NCBI GenBank assembly: GCA_036339875.1
Contig: JAYZAC010000113.1
Coordinates: 1-20,308, forward strand
DNA from: a bacterium
GTDB taxonomy: Bacteria > Muiribacteriota > UBA6191
Direction: 5' to 3'
Length of the DNA: 20,308 bases
How positions within the stretch are numbered: position 1 is the stretch's first letter; each line of letters starts with the position of its first letter. The position numbers and the translations under genes were made by a program. This document shows positions 16,701 to 20,308 of the stretch, one piece after another. The notes under the pieces were generated by a model that saw nothing but the letters and a program-made list of their open reading frames with translations, had not been told where the DNA came from and did no database searches.

Positions 16701-17515
16701 AGACTATCGATAAGTCCAATGGAAACTCTGTAAAAAAACTGACTGCACAAATTGAATCATCAGAAGCACAGAAATCAAAATCTGAGTATGTATCAAGTAA
16801 GGATTCACCGACTTGGGAAAAAGATTTTTTTGAAAAAGATTTAGCTAAGGTTGTATTTACAGAGATCGAAGACACAATGTATGAAGAAGAGGTTTCTGAA
16901 ATAGACTCAGAACAAATTTCTACAGAATTTTCGACCAATATAAATCAGGTAGTCCGTACAGGTTCTAATAAACGGATGATAAAGAAAGAGAAGCTTGATT
17001 TAGCTTCTTCCGTGGACAGGAATTTAAATCCAAATAAAGAAAGAAGAAAAGTAAAAATTAGTAGTAAGGATAAGCGTACTCAACAGATCTTTGAAAATTT
17101 GATGAGTCCTCAAAAAACGGTAAAATCGGATCGATCTGATGTGGTGATAAGTAGTTCAGATCCTAGAACTCAGAAAATTTTTAATGAACTTTTCAATATT
17201 CCTGCCAATAAGTCAAAGAAGATAACGAAAGCTAGACCAGTTAAACCTCAACCACGGCCTGCAAAAGTAAGAAAAAACCACCCAGATCAAACAACTAACT
17301 TAGATAAATTAAGCAGTAAAGAATCTTCGGAAAAAGCGTTCGAAAGTTTTCTTGATCAAATGTTTATTGCAACTCCTGATGATGATTCAGATAAAACTAA
17401 AGGGTCCATCAAGGAAGTTAAGAATGATAAGTCGTCCGATAAATCTGCAAAAGTAGTAAAAATGGGTCCGCCGAAAGCAGAAAAAGAACTTTTAGAGTTT
17501 CTAGATAATCTTTAG
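13778..17515 (+). CDS. Secretin (PilQ/GspD family) with a very long charged C-terminal extension
   Basis: Signal peptide ending VFA; N0/STN-like domain from 14231; two N1/N3-type domains; secretin C-domain DVPRGQVFID, NPRLMVLNNEKAVI, DIGVKLDV, TLVIGGLI, IPGLGRLPIFGPLFR, LYIFITPTIV ending near 15601. GGGAG RBS favours ATG 13778 over GTG 13772. Confidence 0.92.
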   Translation: MVHLYRSMAWLLIFTMLFHSVSEVNFVFAEDAPSASSSADGEQKRRRRRVRSQANNSVEKVATQATNNVANQSSGEASKDVAKVDEEGRKFLTTLGSEDIFGNEAKRAKSKKAYSDLAKQKDLYNDDLDVLGPDDASPVLADSVFGIKGKQRINLIADDIEVKVLMDRLASEFKLNIVSKAVAGRQKMKASLYDLPLETVFQVLLEQANLTYEKRSGIVYLQERGKGQDSFLTERFFKLKEYADFNFANDLITNIATTKGNKIIKNTQKKTIFVSEYQRNLDKIEKVLGELGYLDDIDPDSSTFYYHYLGFNYVDDSVVKDIVDKYKSKDGKSSYDAKSNRYLVFDTRGRFEKMKKALTFVDVPRGQVFIDVIFVDLTENDSKRLGMNTTFDWNPNSPDNADQLVTTLATDVTNFFNYKQPTHITSIRATGIKEHSNSNIINNPRLMVLNNEKAVIDVTEKFPYVINENNNGVISSKIQNQDIGVKLDVNHRINSNREVQLAVKPTITVLKEVKNIVTSVVDTNQANARVTETSSEFPITDERSIDTQVVVPSGRTLVIGGLIKETDRKSADQIPGLGRLPIFGPLFRRKTSGEEKSQLYIFITPTIVRNAPESSTYNAVAGDERLAFFPSGKTSTPSSSNGQLVLERSKTGSKKGKIQRLEVVRSQANTTVENKGSTNNLVAEGRDSGKVDFSKFIKKIAALKQKDRVEKLQVQEKKIIKERKEKGFENLIDQLKVDIREEAKQYEEAVDDQITDPRKTENSNSEKSITKNQHVQNSKEKAIADKVIGQRASRIARLLELWEKQPIEGIMTGEDVRREREKERKAAEEDKKRNRIAAQELQEISETKLESETKEPTKIEESKEVVAPVVEQAITMELLSPLGAPSNKSEKLIEVGGFKTGDIENNKKAKESRSKKSRTKKNKAKDRKSRKKNPRKTSFLRESYELNVAKLKQGSTDSNVIVKPSNNMDSSLDIKTIDKSNGNSVKKLTAQIESSEAQKSKSEYVSSKDSPTWEKDFFEKDLAKVVFTEIEDTMYEEEVSEIDSEQISTEFSTNINQVVRTGSNKRMIKKEKLDLASSVDRNLNPNKERRKVKISSKDKRTQQIFENLMSPQKTVKSDRSDVVISSSDPRTQKIFNELFNIPANKSKKITKARPVKPQPRPAKVRKNHPDQTTNLDKLSSKESSEKAFESFLDQMFIATPDDDSDKTKGSIKEVKNDKSSDKSAKVVKMGPPKAEKELLEFLDNL

Positions 17516-17578
17516 TTTGTGAAAAAAATCTATTATTTTGATAGACATTTTTAGCGGAATTTAACTCAATTTCACGAA
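17516..17578. terminator. Possible weak bidirectional terminator between convergent genes
   Basis: A7 run, AT-rich stem TCTATTA/TGATAGA, T5 run; outer inverted repeat TTTGTGAAA / TTTCACGAA. Confidence 0.3.
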
Positions 17579-17583
17579 ATCTC

Positions 17584-18195
17584 CTAATCAGTGAATGATG
17601 CCGCAAATTGATTGTTTTGCAAGTAGAGACTACTTAACTCATACACTATTTCATCACCTTTCGAAAACTGGGGCTTAGTAAGTGGACCATCCGATCTTGT
17701 TTGTAAGTCATCAGATAACAAAGGATGCAAGATTCGCCAAACCTTTAAATCAATTTGATAAATAATCTTACTCTCAGTAGACAGATCTGCAGAGCCATCT
17801 GTACCATTCATTGGAGTAAATGTGGATGTTGTGCGATAAAACGAACCGTTCATAAAAATATCTCTATACTGCATACCATCAGGACTGAATAAATCAACAC
17901 CTGCTGATGCTATTGGAGGAAAAGTAGTTTCAATTTTTTGGTATGCAGTGAACCCAGATTCATGTAAAGAATCCATCAGCTGGAATTTGTGGAGATAGGA
18001 GTCCATGACCATTGTACCAATTGTCATACCGGTTACTTTGTCTCTTTGTATTAATGCAACTTCAGTCATATTGGATAGTGCTGCAATTACCGGTAGAATG
18101 GCAATAGCGATGAGCGTTATAGTTAGAAGTAATTCAACTAAGGTCACGCCAGTGATTCGTGAGAAATTTAGATTTATCGGAATATCTCTATTCAT
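17584..18195 (-). CDS. Type IV minor pilin/pseudopilin (PilV/GspI-like) with prepilin cleavage motif
   Basis: SRITG|VTLVELLLTITLIAIAILPVIAAL: Gly at -1, Glu at +5, hydrophobic helix. GGGAG RBS upstream of ATG 18195. Confidence 0.82.
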   Translation of the reverse strand: MNRDIPINLNFSRITGVTLVELLLTITLIAIAILPVIAALSNMTEVALIQRDKVTGMTIGTMVMDSYLHKFQLMDSLHESGFTAYQKIETTFPPIASAGVDLFSPDGMQYRDIFMNGSFYRTTSTFTPMNGTDGSADLSTESKIIYQIDLKVWRILHPLLSDDLQTRSDGPLTKPQFSKGDEIVYELSSLYLQNNQFAASFTD

Positions 18196-18200
18196 CAAAA

Positions 18201-18746
18201 CTACTCCCAATCTAATGGGATTTCCTTTGTCTTTGTGAAACTCAACTTATTTCCAGCCCAGACTGTATTTTGATTTAGATTTTGGAACTCTATACTGCCA
18301 CTGGAAACAATGCTTTGGCGAAGAGAGTCATAACGTGCATCGTAGGTAGCTATCCATTGATTAGTTTCCAAACATGTTCCTTGACTGTTGCCAGTCAAGC
18401 AACCTAAACCACGGGCATCTGTGACACAGCATGGTCTTTGCGGATCAGCCTGATCATCACACCGTAAAAAACCTTCTTCTGAAGTCCAAGCAACACAAAA
18501 TTTTCGTCTATACGTAAAGATAATCGGAGAATTGACTGTTTTGGAAATGTCTTCTGTAATAATTGTATCAGTATGTATAAGACCTGAGTGAGCCGCATAT
18601 TCCACTTTACTTTTGGCTACTAACATATCAATGGCGAGACTTTGCGTTTCAATTAACTCGGAGAGTGCGATAGTAAGAGTAGAGAACACCAACATTATTG
18701 CCAATGTCATTACCAAAGTGTTGCCATCTTGTCGCTTTTTAAGCAC
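18201..18746 (-). CDS. PilX/GspK-like minor pilin with a six-cysteine loop
   Basis: KKRQDG|NTLVMTLAIMLVFSTL with no Glu at +5, and KVEYAAHSGL resembling the PilX N-terminal AAEAG motif. GTG start with GGAGG RBS. Confidence 0.75.
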   Translation of the reverse strand: MLKKRQDGNTLVMTLAIMLVFSTLTIALSELIETQSLAIDMLVAKSKVEYAAHSGLIHTDTIITEDISKTVNSPIIFTYRRKFCVAWTSEEGFLRCDDQADPQRPCCVTDARGLGCLTGNSQGTCLETNQWIATYDARYDSLRQSIVSSGSIEFQNLNQNTVWAGNKLSFTKTKEIPLDWE

Positions 18747-18842
18747 AAGCTACCTCCGTTCGAATAATTATCTCTCTTTTGCAGATTGATTTACAAGCTG
18801 TGACTTCTAGATTGTCATAAAGAAACTAGATCAGTATGGGAA

Positions 18843-18871
18843 TTGACACAAGTCTAGTAACCATCTAAAAT
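18843..18871 (+). promoter_or_regulatory. Sigma70-type promoter of the cytochrome gene
   Basis: TTGACA (18843-18848), 17-nt spacer, TAAAAT (18866-18871). Confidence 0.75.
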
Positions 18872-18888
18872 CGCGATTGGATGTAGTT

Positions 18889-19947
18889 ATGAGTACAAAT
18901 CTTAATCATATTAAGCGATTTATGTTCAACTTTTGCTTATGTCTAACGCTTGTAATGTTAGTTGGATGTAGTAAAAAGAAGACCCCGCTGGGGAATATTC
19001 CAATTCCAAAAATTCCCGACAAGGTTGATTTACTGCCTTCTCTGGTTAATGTTAAATATCATGAAGGGGTGTCTGGAGTTGATTCCTGCAAAACATGCCA
19101 TAGCGAGATTCATTCAGAATGGCAGCAGTCATTGCATTCGAAAGCTGCGCATTCGGAAGCCTTCAAGAAGCAATCCGATAATTTTTCATTCAAAGGTTGT
19201 GTTTCATGTCATGCCCCAGAGGCTCCAAACTTTGATTCAAACAGACCAAAAGCTCGCAGTTGGAAGATACATGAGGGTGTGACTTGCTCATCATGCCATG
19301 TAGTGGGTAACAGAACTCTAGGGACTGTGGGTTCGAATGCACCACATCGTACTCTTAAGGAAGCTAAGTTGAGGACGGAATTGGCATGTATTTCCTGTCA
19401 TCAGCAAACTGTAGAGCAATGGCGAGGAAGTTCCTACAAAGAGCAAAACATCTCATGTCAACAGTGCCACATGCCCTACAAACGTCGATTTATATCTGAT
19501 TTTCACAAGCTTTATAATAAAAAAGATTCGCGGTCACATACATTTGAAATTAATTTTGACGATTGTCTAAAATTAAGTCTACAAGTTAGTAAATTGACGG
19601 GCCAAATACAATTGAAAGCTAGCAATATCGGTGCAGGTCATTCTATCCCTACCGGTATATATGGGGATACGGCTTTATTTTTAGAGTTCAGCGTAATGAT
19701 GGGATCAAAAACCGTATTTTTTCGAGAGGAGCGATTATCATCTCAAGACAATACTGCGATACCAGTCGATGGCCACAGGATATTTTTCTATAATTTCAGA
19801 GCAAAGCCAGGAGAAAACTATACTCTGAAGGCACGCGCTATTTTTAATTCTTCCAGTCATCTGGAGGATAAAGTTCTGGATGAGGTGGAATTGCCGCTGA
19901 AAATTAATTCCAGAGGTTCTAATAAAAAGAAATTTCTTTTACAGTAG
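18889..19947 (+). CDS. Pentaheme c-type cytochrome lipoprotein (cytochrome c554-like family)
   Basis: Lipobox LVG|C; five CXXCH motifs (CKTCH, CVSCH, CSSCH, CISCH, CQQCH); W..S.H, EGVTC and NIGAGHSIPTG motifs. ATG 18889 preferred because TTG 18877 lies at the predicted transcription start. Confidence 0.92.
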   Translation: MSTNLNHIKRFMFNFCLCLTLVMLVGCSKKKTPLGNIPIPKIPDKVDLLPSLVNVKYHEGVSGVDSCKTCHSEIHSEWQQSLHSKAAHSEAFKKQSDNFSFKGCVSCHAPEAPNFDSNRPKARSWKIHEGVTCSSCHVVGNRTLGTVGSNAPHRTLKEAKLRTELACISCHQQTVEQWRGSSYKEQNISCQQCHMPYKRRFISDFHKLYNKKDSRSHTFEINFDDCLKLSLQVSKLTGQIQLKASNIGAGHSIPTGIYGDTALFLEFSVMMGSKTVFFREERLSSQDNTAIPVDGHRIFFYNFRAKPGENYTLKARAIFNSSSHLEDKVLDEVELPLKINSRGSNKKKFLLQ

Positions 19948-20063
19948 CTCTATCAATTATTTATTCGATCATCAGATTAAACACATATCGACGCTCGTAT
20001 AATATTAAACCCTGCTAAGTTATACTTATTCATGTACTAGTCATACGTCGTGAGAAGGGAAAA

Positions 20064-20308
20064 ATGGAAGAAAAAATTCAGAGAGTCTTACGAAATTTTT
20101 CAGTCTTATCGAAATTAGATAAGCAAAAACAAATAATACATTGGGTTAAAAAAGGCTCTGAATTAATTATTCCTATTTTGAAATCTATCGCAGCGGAGGA
20201 TTCTGAGGTACAAATTAGATTTTTGGCTCGGAAAGGTTTATACCATCTAAATAAACGCTTCAAGGAAGAAGTTAAATTTCATTTTGAATCACAATCTTTT
20301 AGTGAATT
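20064..20308 (+). CDS. Partial CDS (runs off the window), possibly a HEAT-repeat protein; absent from the ORF track
   Basis: AAGGGA RBS, ATG 20064, open to the end: MEEKIQRVLRNFSVLSKLDKQKQIIHWVKKGSELIIPILKSIAAEDSEVQIRFLARKGLYHL... The IPILKSIAAEDSEVQIRFLARKGL segment resembles a HEAT unit. Confidence 0.7.
   Translation, partial: MEEKIQRVLRNFSVLSKLDKQKQIIHWVKKGSELIIPILKSIAAEDSEVQIRFLARKGLYHLNKRFKEEVKFHFESQSFSE

Noticed and set aside
11970..17606. Minus-strand Ser/Phe/Leu-rich ORFs inside the pil genes and secretin
   Set aside because: Expected antisense reading of Lys/Glu-rich coding sequence.
18768..18793. Sigma28-like promoter on the minus strand for the minor pilins (TAAA-N14-AGAGATAA)
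   Set aside because: Lacks the CGA core of the -10 element and the spacer is short.
18786..18819. TTGAT and TGTGAC-N9-GTCATA as FNR or CRP sites in the pilin/cytochrome divergent region
   Set aside because: Spacing fits neither FNR (TTGAT-N4-ATCAA) nor CRP (TGTGA-N6-TCACA); the short palindrome could be chance.
20078..20263. Minus-strand 61-aa ORF
   Set aside because: Antisense to the better-supported plus-strand gene starting at 20064.

Overview
AT-rich chromosomal segment of a diderm bacterium (it encodes a secretin and a lipoprotein cytochrome); no taxon can be assigned from the sequence alone. Left third (38-8020): a tightly packed housekeeping run of RluA-family pseudouridine synthase, queA, uppP, ftsK, rlmB and an FkbM-family methyltransferase. 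A sigma70-type promoter then precedes a tRNA cluster: Leu-UAA, two identical initiator fMet genes and elongator Met. Next comes a stand-alone gene for an apparently uncharacterised secreted protein with a charge-free Gly/Tyr/Gln prion-like N-terminus, a gapless 78-aa internal duplication, a Pro-rich linker and a helical tail, followed by an ICMT-family membrane methyltransferase. The right half is a very divergent type IV pilus/T2SS-like envelope machine: PilM with eroded nucleotide-binding motifs, PilN-like protein without the INLLP motif, an apparent PilO-PilP fusion, and a 1245-aa secretin with a ~637-aa charged C-terminal tail and a candidate sigma28 promoter. Two minor pilins converge on it (one with a C-C-CC-C-C cysteine loop) and are divergent from a pentaheme c-type cytochrome lipoprotein. 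A partial HEAT-repeat-like gene runs off the right edge. No mobile element or CRISPR array was seen.
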